DNA of 64,000 bases from Bdellovibrionales bacterium (GCA_964230645.1 CAXRHT010000001.1:32001-96000); one strand, 5' to 3'. Shown: positions 9,700-18,306, counted from the stretch's first letter. Program-made: numbers and translations. The notes: generated from the letters alone by a model not told the origin.

Positions 9700-10017
9700 T
9701 TATATAGCCATATGCATGAACCGAGTCTGCTTCCAAGACTCAAACTGCCAGCTCATGTCACGTTTGATTTTTTTAATCAGGCCGTAGAAATCGCGATCAA
9801 AACAAGTAGACTTGAATTTTCTCTGAGAAGATTTGACAGAAAGAATTCCACAAAAAACGTCGTTACGGTACTGTAATTCAAGTTTAAAGGACGAGCGACT
9901 TGGGGCAATATCTAGTAACGGGCGCAGTGTGGCTCTGACAAATCTTTCTTCGAATTCATAGCCTTTGAAATCTCGAAATTCGATCTGTAACCATGTTTTT
10001 TCGGATAGCTGACTCAT
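9700..10017 (-). CDS. HPF/RaiA-like small protein
   Basis: 105 aa. LQIEFRDF...FVRATLRPLL...FKLELQY..VFCGILSV..RKFKSTCFDRDFYGLIKKIKRDMSWQFESWK follows the HPF secondary-structure pattern. Starts immediately after the upstream stop. Confidence 0.55.
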   Translation of the reverse strand: MSQLSEKTWLQIEFRDFKGYEFEERFVRATLRPLLDIAPSRSSFKLELQYRNDVFCGILSVKSSQRKFKSTCFDRDFYGLIKKIKRDMSWQFESWKQTRFMHMAI

Positions 10018-10482
10018 TTAGAACCTCCTCTTGGTATCAAGTTCAAAAACCCATTGGCTCAGGTTGATGATATCTTGAGGAAAAAAAGGCTTTCTCATCA
10101 AGATAGGATCACGCTCGAGTTGGGCAATACTATTAAGGTGTTCTCCATTGAAATAAGCAGACATCAGAACGATGGGAATGTTTTTTGGTAGGTACTGGCA
10201 GTAGTCTAATATATCAAGCCCCGACGTTTTATCTTCTAAATAAATATCTAAAAATATGCCGTCCAGTTGAGCCAACTGCGTGAGATCCTTTTCCCATAGC
10301 TCATGAATGGCTTCCCTACCGTTTTTGAACTTCATAATATTGACGTTATCGAGAGTTGCTAACAATGAAGTCGCAATTAAATTTTGAATAGCATCGTCAT
10401 CCTCTACGATAGCCACATTAATGGGATCGGCAAAACTTCTAATAGTATGTTGATAATGGTTTTGCGTGGCTTGCTGAATCAT
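10018..10482 (-). CDS. Single-domain response regulator (receiver only)
   Basis: VAIVEDD, IFLDIYL (phospho-Asp), VLMSA and RKPF. RBS AAAGGAG precedes ATG 10482; the sigma54 promoter lies inside the longer ORF-track version. Confidence 0.88.
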   Translation of the reverse strand: MIQQATQNHYQHTIRSFADPINVAIVEDDDAIQNLIATSLLATLDNVNIMKFKNGREAIHELWEKDLTQLAQLDGIFLDIYLEDKTSGLDILDYCQYLPKNIPIVLMSAYFNGEHLNSIAQLERDPILMRKPFFPQDIINLSQWVFELDTKRRF

Positions 10483-10507
10483 GTCCACTCCTTTCACGCC
10501 TTTAAGG

Positions 10508-10523
10508 AGCAACGCCTGTGCCA
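10508..10523 (-). promoter_or_regulatory. Sigma54 (-24/-12) promoter
   Basis: Minus strand TGGCACAGGCGTTGCT, a perfect TGGCAC-N5-TTGCW, 25 nt before ATG 10482. Confidence 0.85.
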
Positions 10524-10579
10524 AGAATTTCTTAGCTGTAATCATCCTATATTTCTTCTGAGTGTGATGCGAACAGACT

Positions 10580-10609
10580 TGGGGTATTATGCCTCAAGTA
10601 TTTGCCCCA
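10580..10609. promoter_or_regulatory. Putative enhancer-binding-protein site (UAS)
   Basis: TGGGGTA-TTA-TGCCTCA (10580-10596) plus half site TGCCCCA (10603-10609). The same motif recurs at 16118-16299. Confidence 0.55.
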
Positions 10610-10663
10610 AGAATCTTGAAAAAAGACAGTTTTTCCAGGGCTTTTGAATAGTAATAGGGCTAA

Positions 10664-10763
10664 AGATCCTTCGTTGCGCTCAGGATGACGATGGGTGTGA
10701 GACATGTCGTCTTGAGCGAAGCGAAAGACCTTGGATCCTTCGCTGCGCTCAGGATGACGATGG
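10664..10763. repeat. REP-like palindromic repeat cluster
   Basis: AGATCCTTCGTTGCGCTCAGGATGACGATGGG ... TGTCGTCTTGAGCGAAGCGAAAGACC-TT-GGATCCTTCGCTGCGCTCAGGATGACGATGGG. Confidence 0.9.
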
Positions 10764-10798
10764 GCAATTAAGAAAAGTCCCATAATGTCCCATAGGTA

Positions 10799-13285
10799 TT
10801 AGAGATTGTAATCTCTTTTGGCTTTATGAATTTTCTCATCGATCACACTGATCAATTTATTACACTCATCCGGGTCAGCTTGCTCAGCCGCTAGCTCTAA
10901 TTGTTGACTGAGATCACCAATTTCTGCGAATCCGTAACTTTTGGCACTCCCCTTCACTCTGTGACCAATTTTTTTAATTGTCTGATAGTCTTTTTCAGAA
11001 ATGGCTTTTTTGACAATATCAAGGTCCTCTTCTCGAGTCGCAAAATATTTTGGAAGCAGTTTAATAATTAAAGGGTCTTGTGGGCTATTTTCCTGCGGGA
11101 GCTCTTCTTTTTCTTTAATTTCCAAATTAAAGACCTCTTTCATAGTGGTATAAATTTTATCTCGATTGATCGGTTTTGTTATCCGTCCGGTGAATCCCGC
11201 TTCCAAACATTTCTTCTCTTCAACCAGTCCGGCATGAGCTGTTACTGCAAAGATTGGGAGATTTTTATAGTTCTTCCGGATCTGTGTGATAGCCGTGTAG
11301 CCATCCATAACCGGCATCTGAATATCCATAAATATAATGTCGTATTTTTTCTTTTTGACCTGTTCGCAGGCTTCAAGGCCATTGTTGGCAAAGTCGATAT
11401 TGCTTGTCATCGGGCTCAAAATTTCTTTAAGAAGAAACAAATTGTCATTGGAATCATCCACGGCGAGAACAGCGATATTCTTGTCTTTCATTTGAGCCTG
11501 CATACCATCAAGTAAAGCCCCATCTTCTGAAGAAAAATCCCAATTCTGCTGATACCTAGCATAATCTTGCAAGTGCCAACTTCTAAAAGGTTTCACCAAA
11601 AAGTTTTTAAAGCCATTCTTGCGGATAAGCTCCATATTTTCTTTAGAGAAATTCGATCTCATCAATGCGAAAATATTCTCAGGCCGACACTGAGCTTGCA
11701 CCAAACCAAAAGAGTTAATCATGCTCACAATACCTATGGAGTCATCTAATAAGATAAGTGGCTCTTTTTCACATTTATTAAGATGGTTTTCGAGCTCATA
11801 AATGTTTGAAACCAAACTGACATCGGAACTTAAACTTTTTAGGTAATCAAGCACAGGTCCATTGTCGTTGAGACCAGACACGTAAATGATGCTAGACTTT
11901 TCCAGGGGATAAAGAGACTGCTGCTTCTCATCGTTCAATTTAAACTTAAGGTCAAACGAGAATTCAGCCCCTTTGTCTTTCTCACTTTTCACTTCGATAT
12001 GTGAGCCCATGAGTTCCACAATCTCTTTACATATAGAGAGACCAAGACCGGAGCCACCGAAGCGTCGTTTAATAGATGAGTCCTCCTGCACGAAGCTTAA
12101 GAAAATATCCTTCGTTTTCTTTTCAGAAATCCCAATTCCTGTATCCTTGACACTAAATCGCAATTGAATTTGCTCGGTGGTTGAAGCCTCTTCGTCCACT
12201 TGTACACTCAGAGCTATATAGCCTTTGGCAGTAAATTTAAGTGCGTTATTGAGGAAATTTAAAAGAACCTGCTCTAATCGAATGCCGTCACCAACCATTT
12301 TTGTGGGAATACGGGGATCCATATCGACAAAAATCTCAAGTCCCTTATCGTGGGCTTGAATCGAAATGACGTCTGTCACCTGATCAACGAGCTTATAAAG
12401 ATTAAAAGGACCACTTTTAATCTTTATGGTGCGAGATTCTAAGCCGGAAAAGTCCACCAAATTGTTAAGCATATCGAGCAGCACATGGCTCGATCTTTGT
12501 AAATTATTGACGTATTGGGTTTGTTCCGCGCTCAATTTAGTGGATTTTAAAATATCAGCCATACCGATGATGGAATTCATCGGGTTTCGAATCTCATGAC
12601 TAATGCGACTTATAAAATCAGAGCGTATACTCAAGGCTTCATTAAGCTTCTGCACAGCTGGTTTAAAACCGAGAAAACCTTGAATGACTAAGACAAATAG
12701 AAGAAGCACTAAAAAGGAGATATCCAGATATATCAAGGACTGGGTTGTTGATTTAATTCTTTCGTCAAAAACCACGGACACTTCATCGAGAAACTTTTGA
12801 TAGTCTTTGATCTTTTCAAGAGCCCCTTCCATTGCAAGAGGAGTCATGGGCCCTTGATCAAAGAGTTGATTACTACCGAAAGGACTCTCAAGGTGTTTCC
12901 AGCAACTCGCCGTTTTACAAAAATCTTTGCCGAGTGTTTTAAAAGCCTTGCTGTGGTTTTCGTTCAAAGAGGACTGCAGTTTATAGATACGAGAGGAAAT
13001 ATTTTCTAGCTTTTCCGGCTCCGTGGTAATCTGAGCATCGACAACTTTAGAGTAGAGCCTCTCAACTAGAGCCACTTGTCGCTCTATCGTTCGAATGGTC
13101 TCAACAGTACCGAGCTGTTCTGAGTGAATGGCAAATTTGAAACTCTGAAACACCAAGGCCATCACGGCGACCGAAGAGAGAGCAAAAATATAAACCGCTG
13201 TAAGATTCTTTTGATGATTTCCAATTATTCGAGATTGGAAAATCATATAATACCAGCGAATACGGCTAAAAATTTTTTTTACCAT
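10799..13285 (-). CDS. Hybrid sensor histidine kinase (TM sensor, HisKA, HATPase, degenerate REC, REC, Hpt)
   Basis: ISHEIRNPMN (H box), NFLNNALKFT, VKDTGIG, GGSGLGL, VDDSNDN..IFMDIQMP..TAH..KP, and Hpt motif GHRVKGSA. Confidence 0.95.
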   Translation of the reverse strand: MVKKIFSRIRWYYMIFQSRIIGNHQKNLTAVYIFALSSVAVMALVFQSFKFAIHSEQLGTVETIRTIERQVALVERLYSKVVDAQITTEPEKLENISSRIYKLQSSLNENHSKAFKTLGKDFCKTASCWKHLESPFGSNQLFDQGPMTPLAMEGALEKIKDYQKFLDEVSVVFDERIKSTTQSLIYLDISFLVLLLFVLVIQGFLGFKPAVQKLNEALSIRSDFISRISHEIRNPMNSIIGMADILKSTKLSAEQTQYVNNLQRSSHVLLDMLNNLVDFSGLESRTIKIKSGPFNLYKLVDQVTDVISIQAHDKGLEIFVDMDPRIPTKMVGDGIRLEQVLLNFLNNALKFTAKGYIALSVQVDEEASTTEQIQLRFSVKDTGIGISEKKTKDIFLSFVQEDSSIKRRFGGSGLGLSICKEIVELMGSHIEVKSEKDKGAEFSFDLKFKLNDEKQQSLYPLEKSSIIYVSGLNDNGPVLDYLKSLSSDVSLVSNIYELENHLNKCEKEPLILLDDSIGIVSMINSFGLVQAQCRPENIFALMRSNFSKENMELIRKNGFKNFLVKPFRSWHLQDYARYQQNWDFSSEDGALLDGMQAQMKDKNIAVLAVDDSNDNLFLLKEILSPMTSNIDFANNGLEACEQVKKKKYDIIFMDIQMPVMDGYTAITQIRKNYKNLPIFAVTAHAGLVEEKKCLEAGFTGRITKPINRDKIYTTMKEVFNLEIKEKEELPQENSPQDPLIIKLLPKYFATREEDLDIVKKAISEKDYQTIKKIGHRVKGSAKSYGFAEIGDLSQQLELAAEQADPDECNKLISVIDEKIHKAKRDYNL

Positions 13286-14637
13286 TGGTAGGTCACCCCC
13301 CCAACGAATTTATAATCGTAGAATTTGAAAGGACCCTTATCGATTTCTAATAAATCATAGTAAAGCAGCCCTGCGAATCGACCTTGTTTAAGATCGTAAA
13401 CGCTGACATCCATAATTTCAACCCGTGCCCTCTGAACTCTTAGAACTTGGTCAAAGGCTAAAGGCGTATAGCTAAGAGCCGATCGGACAGAGAGTGCATC
13501 TCCCCATTTCAACCAGGGCTTTGAGGCCAGACGAAGGTTCCATCCCAAAATGGGTCCATTATCAAACGGAAGTCCAGGGGCATGATGAGGATCGATCACT
13601 CTCACCCCCGTACCGAGAGCCAAAATATCCCAGTGCCAAAGATAATTGATGGTGCCATCTAAATAGGAGCGGTCATTGCTTCGAATACCTAAATAACTAA
13701 ATGGAAAACTCAACTGCCCTGCTATTGATTGACGAGAACCAGTAAAAATTTCGCTACTTAGAAAGGCTTCTAAGCCAATTTTTGAGCCCATCAGTCCCGC
13801 CCTTAGGTGAGGATCTGAGGATACTAATTGAGAGTCAGCATCACTTTGAGGGAACAGAGTTTCAGGCTCCTCTTCTGCTGTCACTTGAATTATTGGAGAT
13901 CCACCTTCCGAAGGAGACTGAAAAACCAGTGAAAATATTTCGTTTTTTTTCTCGCCTTGGCCCTTTACAGAAAGATTAGCCACAAGCCTTTTGGGTTTTG
14001 ATTTTCTAGTATCTTCTTTATAATCGAGAAAGACGTGATTGGCCCCTGGTTGCGACGATAAGATTTCTCCCCCCAAAGCTTCGATGGATTCGAGAGTTCC
14101 GGAAAAACCAATCAGGACCTTAACTTTATCCTCTTCTTTTCTACAATCCATTGAAAGTAAGTACGGATTACTATTTAAAAGATCGAGATTAAGACCAAGG
14201 CTTTGACATCTCTGGGTCACAGCCAGATGGGACTTAAATTCGCGATCCTCAATACGCAGTCCCACAGAGGCATTGTCTTTTGTCGCAATCGTCTTTTTAA
14301 GGGGAATTATTTCAATGGGTTTTTGATGCTCGACCACTAAGACCTTTTTAATATTCTTGTTCGTTACGAAAGGAGAGTTGTTACTCTTATTATTCTCAAC
14401 AATGGAAATATTTTGGCCGGAATCGGTCAATTCTAATAGAGGAGGTAGGGCAATCCAGGTTTGTTTTTTTAATGATTTAAAAGAACCGTACTGTTTCCAA
14501 ATGTAGGTCTGATAGGTTTTCCACTCCGTCTTTCTCTCAAGCCCCGCAGAATCGAAATAATATAGATGGGGTTTACCTAGTGCCACATGACTCCAGGTAA
14601 ACAAAAGTACTATTAATAAAAGATTCTGTAATTTCAT
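13279..14637 (-). CDS. Hypothetical exported protein, possible C-terminal beta-barrel
   Basis: 452 aa, signal peptide ending HVALG, C-terminus FVGGVTYQW. Overlaps the kinase start by 7 nt. Confidence 0.65.
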   Translation of the reverse strand: MKLQNLLLIVLLFTWSHVALGKPHLYYFDSAGLERKTEWKTYQTYIWKQYGSFKSLKKQTWIALPPLLELTDSGQNISIVENNKSNNSPFVTNKNIKKVLVVEHQKPIEIIPLKKTIATKDNASVGLRIEDREFKSHLAVTQRCQSLGLNLDLLNSNPYLLSMDCRKEEDKVKVLIGFSGTLESIEALGGEILSSQPGANHVFLDYKEDTRKSKPKRLVANLSVKGQGEKKNEIFSLVFQSPSEGGSPIIQVTAEEEPETLFPQSDADSQLVSSDPHLRAGLMGSKIGLEAFLSSEIFTGSRQSIAGQLSFPFSYLGIRSNDRSYLDGTINYLWHWDILALGTGVRVIDPHHAPGLPFDNGPILGWNLRLASKPWLKWGDALSVRSALSYTPLAFDQVLRVQRARVEIMDVSVYDLKQGRFAGLLYYDLLEIDKGPFKFYDYKFVGGVTYQW

Positions 14638-14674
14638 CTACTTAACTCCACCACGATTCCGATCATACACCTTT

Positions 14675-16084
14675 TTAATTCAAATCGTAGTCCTTTTCTT
14701 TTCGATAAAGAGTCTTCCTATTAATGCCCAGTATCTCAGCAGCCTCTTCTTTTTTACCACTGGTTTTTTCAAGGACAAAGCGGATGTATTGCTTCTCAAG
14801 TTCTTTTAACGACAGAAGCTCCTTGAAAAGGAGACTCGTCTGCTCGTCCACCTCAAGGCTACCTTCAATCGTTATATCTTTTTCCCCAATTACATTTTCG
14901 TTACTCAAAACCACGGCGCGCTCAATTGTGTTTTCTAATTCACGCACATTCCCCGCCCACCTCAGACGCTTAAGCTTTGCCATCGCGTCGCGAGAAAATC
15001 CTGAAAGGTTTTTGTCGTTTAGAGCTGAATACTTTTTAACAAAATAGTCGGCCAATAAAGGAATATCTTCTCTACGATCTCGCAGAGAAGGTACCTGAAC
15101 AGGAATCACACAAAGCCTAAAATAAAGATCCTCTCGAAATTCTTTTTTCTTAACAGCTAGTTTTAAATCTCTGTGGGTGGCTGCAAGAATTCTTACATCA
15201 ATTTTTTTAAGTTGTGATTCTCCTAATGGTTTTACTTTTCGTTCTTGGATGACTCTTAAAACCTTTGCCTGCAAGGCCATAGGCATATCCCCTATTTCAT
15301 CAAGAAAGAGAGTTCCCCCTTGGGCCTCTTCAAAAAGCCCCTTGCGGTTTTCATTAGCCCCCGTAAAGGCTCCTTTTTTATATCCAAAAAGTTCGGCCTC
15401 TAACAGGTCTTGGGGGATGGCTGAGCAGTTTATAGGGATAAAGGGGTTTTCACACCGGTCGCTATTTTCATGAATGGATCTTGCCACCATCTCTTTACCA
15501 CTACCACTCTCCCCTGTGATCAGAACATTGGAATGGCTTTGGGAGATTTTACTGATCAATACCTTTAGCTCTCGCATTTTTGCCCCGGAGCCGAGAAGAC
15601 GAGTCTCCTCTGAGTCCACTCCCAGCTTTTTCCTGAGGCGTTCGTAATTTTTTTCCAAATTCCTAATTTTGATCGCTCTTTGTGATAGAACTTCAAGTTC
15701 AGTGAAGTTAAGGGGCTTGGTAATATAATCGTAAGCGCCTCTTTTTAAAGCTGTGGCGGCGTCATCCATCGTCCCAAAGGCCGTGATTAAAATAACAGGA
15801 GTATCCACCTCAGAAACCTTTATCTCTTCGATAAAGTCGAGCCCATTTTTCTCCGGCAAATTAAAATCACAGATTATTAGGTCAAAATCTCTATTCTCAT
15901 AAAGAACTTTTTCGATTCCCATTTCTGCCGTTTCGCAAGTTTCCGTTTGAAAGCCTATGGACTTAAAAAACTCGTCGAGCAAATCCAAAAGAGCCCTATC
16001 ATCATCAATGATTAAAACTCGGAATTGATTCTTGCTACCCGTCTTGTGGGTGACTGATTTTTTTGACAGACTCTCTAGTTCCAT
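14675..16084 (-). CDS. Sigma54-dependent response regulator (NtrC/AtoC/ZraR family)
   Basis: REC (IIDDD..ICDFNLP), Walker A GESGSGKE, GAFTGA, LFLDEIGDM, WAGNVRELEN and Fis-type HTH AAEILGINRKTLYRK. Confidence 0.96.
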   Translation of the reverse strand: MELESLSKKSVTHKTGSKNQFRVLIIDDDRALLDLLDEFFKSIGFQTETCETAEMGIEKVLYENRDFDLIICDFNLPEKNGLDFIEEIKVSEVDTPVILITAFGTMDDAATALKRGAYDYITKPLNFTELEVLSQRAIKIRNLEKNYERLRKKLGVDSEETRLLGSGAKMRELKVLISKISQSHSNVLITGESGSGKEMVARSIHENSDRCENPFIPINCSAIPQDLLEAELFGYKKGAFTGANENRKGLFEEAQGGTLFLDEIGDMPMALQAKVLRVIQERKVKPLGESQLKKIDVRILAATHRDLKLAVKKKEFREDLYFRLCVIPVQVPSLRDRREDIPLLADYFVKKYSALNDKNLSGFSRDAMAKLKRLRWAGNVRELENTIERAVVLSNENVIGEKDITIEGSLEVDEQTSLLFKELLSLKELEKQYIRFVLEKTSGKKEEAAEILGINRKTLYRKEKDYDLN

Positions 16085-16117
16085 TGAGAATTACCTCCCA
16101 TTTTTATCCTAACAGGT

Positions 16118-16299
16118 TGGTGCAATTTTGCCATGAAATATGTCATTTTGCCTCGTATAAAAATGGGGCATTTTGCACCAAGGACTGTAATTTACTGTAA
16201 TAACTATTCTTTGATCCGTATTTTTTAGCCTATTTCTCATCCCAATATCCCGAGATTTTTTTGGGGCAAGGGACTCAAAGTTCGTGGCAAATTGCCCCG
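16118..16299. promoter_or_regulatory. Cluster of putative enhancer-binding-protein sites
   Basis: TGGTGCA-ATT-TTGCCAT (16118), TATGTCA-TTT-TGCCTCG (16139), TGGGGCA-TTT-TGCACCA (16164), half site TGGGGCA (16262) and CGTGGCA-AAT-TGCCCCG (16283). Confidence 0.55.
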
Positions 16300-16346
16300 T
16301 GCCCGACATTAAGCCCGCCTCAAACCTCTTTATTTTTGCTCTCAGC

Positions 16347-16362
16347 TGGCACCGCCCTTGCT
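16347..16362 (+). promoter_or_regulatory. Sigma54 (-24/-12) promoter
   Basis: TGGCACCGCCCTTGCT, perfect consensus, 30 nt before ATG 16393. Confidence 0.85.
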
Positions 16363-16392
16363 TTTGTAAGTGGGTATGCAAAGGAGTTAAAA

Positions 16393-16857
16393 ATGGATAC
16401 CGCTTTAGCAAACGACCTCAGAAATTTTGAACCTACAAAGACTCGGTTCAAACCTTTGTCCCTGAACGCTCTTAATCGTGTATTAATTATTGAAGATGAT
16501 GTTTCCCTAACCAATTTACTAACCACTGTGTTGGAAGAAATCTCACCCAATATACAGATTGATTGGGCGACCAGCGGAGAAGAGGCAGAATCTTATCTAA
16601 AAAGAGAGGGCGAAATATTTGGCACCCATCCCTATGATCTCGTGGTGGCCGATATCTTCCTTGAAGGAGAAATCACGGGCCTTGATATTTGGAAGCTGTG
16701 TGACCGCAAATATCCTAACACCAACATACTTGTGACATCGAGTTTACCGGTGGAACGATTTGTTTCTTGTTTAAAAAATGAATACTCTTGCCCCCATTAC
16801 CTACCCAAACCCTTTACCCTTAGTGAATGCAAGGAAACGATCAGTGAATTTTTATGA
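16393..16857 (+). CDS. Single-domain response regulator (receiver only)
   Basis: RBS AAGGAG then ATG 16393. VLIIEDD, VVADIFLEGEITGLDIW, LVTSS and LPKPF. Paralogue of 10018-10482 (DIYLEDKTSGLDIL). Confidence 0.88.
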   Translation: MDTALANDLRNFEPTKTRFKPLSLNALNRVLIIEDDVSLTNLLTTVLEEISPNIQIDWATSGEEAESYLKREGEIFGTHPYDLVVADIFLEGEITGLDIWKLCDRKYPNTNILVTSSLPVERFVSCLKNEYSCPHYLPKPFTLSECKETISEFL

Positions 16858-16971
16858 TCAACACCACCCCATCTTGCCGGCACTAAGGTCCTCATGGCCT
16901 TCCCTGCTCTCCTCCCTCAGGGGGAGCAGGGGCCTCCCTCTTAACTTAGACTTAAAAAAAGGAGTTTAAAA

Positions 16972-17373
16972 ATGTTAGCTCACAATTTTGAAAAATCGAA
17001 TCTCGGGATCTTTGGGTTCGACACCTTAAACATATTCACTAATGATGAAATCTACTGCTCCGGTTTTTCACCGGCGGAGGAAGACATTGATCGCATTGGG
17101 TCCACAATCCGTAAGTTAAAACGCTATTTTTTTACGGAACAGCCCATTCACTTATACATCAATAAGAAAAACAGTCTCTTTTGGATCGATGTTAAGGTTC
17201 ACAGTCTTGACGAAGCTCTTTTCTCTGACAGTCAGGGGAAAACTTTATCGCAAGCCCTTTCACTTGCAGAGAAAAAATTGATTCAAAACTCGCCTTGCGT
17301 GATCGATCTTGAACCTCACTTAAGCACCCAAGACCACTATCAACCAAGTCACCTGCACAATATTCAAATATGA
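16972..17373 (+). CDS. HPF/RaiA-like protein
   Basis: RBS AAGGAG. IYCSGFSP...IGSTIRKLKRYF...IHLYINK..FWIDVKVH...LFSDSQGKTLSQALSLAEKKL resembles the HPF/RaiA pattern. Confidence 0.55.
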   Translation: MLAHNFEKSNLGIFGFDTLNIFTNDEIYCSGFSPAEEDIDRIGSTIRKLKRYFFTEQPIHLYINKKNSLFWIDVKVHSLDEALFSDSQGKTLSQALSLAEKKLIQNSPCVIDLEPHLSTQDHYQPSHLHNIQI

Positions 17374-17377
17374 AAAA

Positions 17378-17402
17378 ACACCCTGGCTCTAAGCCAGGGT
17401 GT
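17378..17402. terminator. Intrinsic terminator between convergent genes
   Basis: Hairpin ACACCCTGGC-TCTAA-GCCAGGGTGT with an A-tract on the left (U-tract for the minus strand). Confidence 0.75.
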
Positions 17403-17418
17403 CACATAAATACTGTAA

Positions 17419-17886
17419 TTATTGTGAGGCAACGGTCAGATATTTATCAATATCCTGTCCACGATAGTTTTTTTCTTTCTTAATTGTTCTTTTGATTTTC
17501 ACTTTGTGAAAAGCACAACTTCTTTTTGCGGCCTTCACATATTGAATATGTTGCTCTAGGTACTTGAGACTATTCATCAAGTGTTGGCGCTTTGCCTTAG
17601 ACAGACTGTTAATTTTGCGATCCACCACCTGCTTTGCCATTTTAGCATTAGCAGGCATTCTTTTCTGATCGCTCTTGAGAGCTTTGACCTGATCAAACTC
17701 CTTCACAGCCAGACTTTTGTTGTCTGTGTAGAGCTTGCGCGCTTTCTTGGCATTCTTTGTGAACATGGCACATTCATGAGCTTTCGTTTTCATTGTCTTA
17801 TTTTTAACTTTGCCGTCTTTGGCCAACGCTGAGGAACCGAAGGTGAAAAATAGCGACAGCGCAGTTAACACAACTATCTTCTTCAT
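17419..17886 (-). CDS. Hypothetical exported, Lys-rich helical protein
   Basis: 155 aa, RBS CAGGAG, signal peptide ending SALA. Confidence 0.75.
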   Translation of the reverse strand: MKKIVVLTALSLFFTFGSSALAKDGKVKNKTMKTKAHECAMFTKNAKKARKLYTDNKSLAVKEFDQVKALKSDQKRMPANAKMAKQVVDRKINSLSKAKRQHLMNSLKYLEQHIQYVKAAKRSCAFHKVKIKRTIKKEKNYRGQDIDKYLTVASQ

Positions 17887-17947
17887 ACTTATCTCCTGGT
17901 TAAAGTTTTAACCTTAATATGAAAGCAAAAATTCTCTTTCAAACCAA

Positions 17948-18092
17948 AGCCAATCCCAAAACTCATTCAAGAGGGGGCTTAGAATTCAAGGGATAACTGA
18001 AGCTTGAGTGCCTCTACTTTTCCTTGATTCGTAAACTTCCAGTCCACCTCAAAACTAAACCCCACAAACTCAAATGAGTTTTGGGATTGGCT
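17948..18092. repeat. 145-bp element bounded by a perfect 20-bp inverted repeat (MITE or structured RNA)
   Basis: AGCCAATCCCAAAACTCATT (17948-17967) pairs with AATGAGTTTTGGGATTGGCT (18073-18092). Inner GGGGCTTAG/CTAAACCCC pairing extends the stem. Confidence 0.7.
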
Positions 18093-18269
18093 CTTATCCT
18101 CTCTTGTAGAATATCTCTGTTCTCTGGATTTTAAAAATACGCCTATCTAGAATGAGAAGTTTAAGACTCTATTTCTCTCAACCGAAAATACGCGCAATAA
18201 AAGGCCCATTTTTCGAAAAAAGTTTAGGCAGCTCTTTCACCCTTGGAACAACATAGTAAGACTCACTCT

Positions 18270-18306
18270 GAAACAAAAAAAATGGCCCCAACAAAGTTGG
18301 AGCCAT
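18270..18306 (-). terminator. Intrinsic terminator with no annotated upstream gene
   Basis: Minus strand ATGGCTCCAAC-TTT-GTTGGGGCCAT followed by TTTTTTTGTTT. Confidence 0.65.

Noticed and set aside
10547..10783. 78-aa ORF with repeated HRHPERSEGS
   Set aside because: It is a translation of the REP palindromes and overlaps the putative enhancer. The same applies to 237-434 and the N-terminus of 20430-21149.
16109..16411. 100-aa minus-strand ORF and the upstream extension of 16261-16857
   Set aside because: Both overlap the sigma54 promoter and palindromic sites, and a good RBS marks ATG 16393 as the real start.
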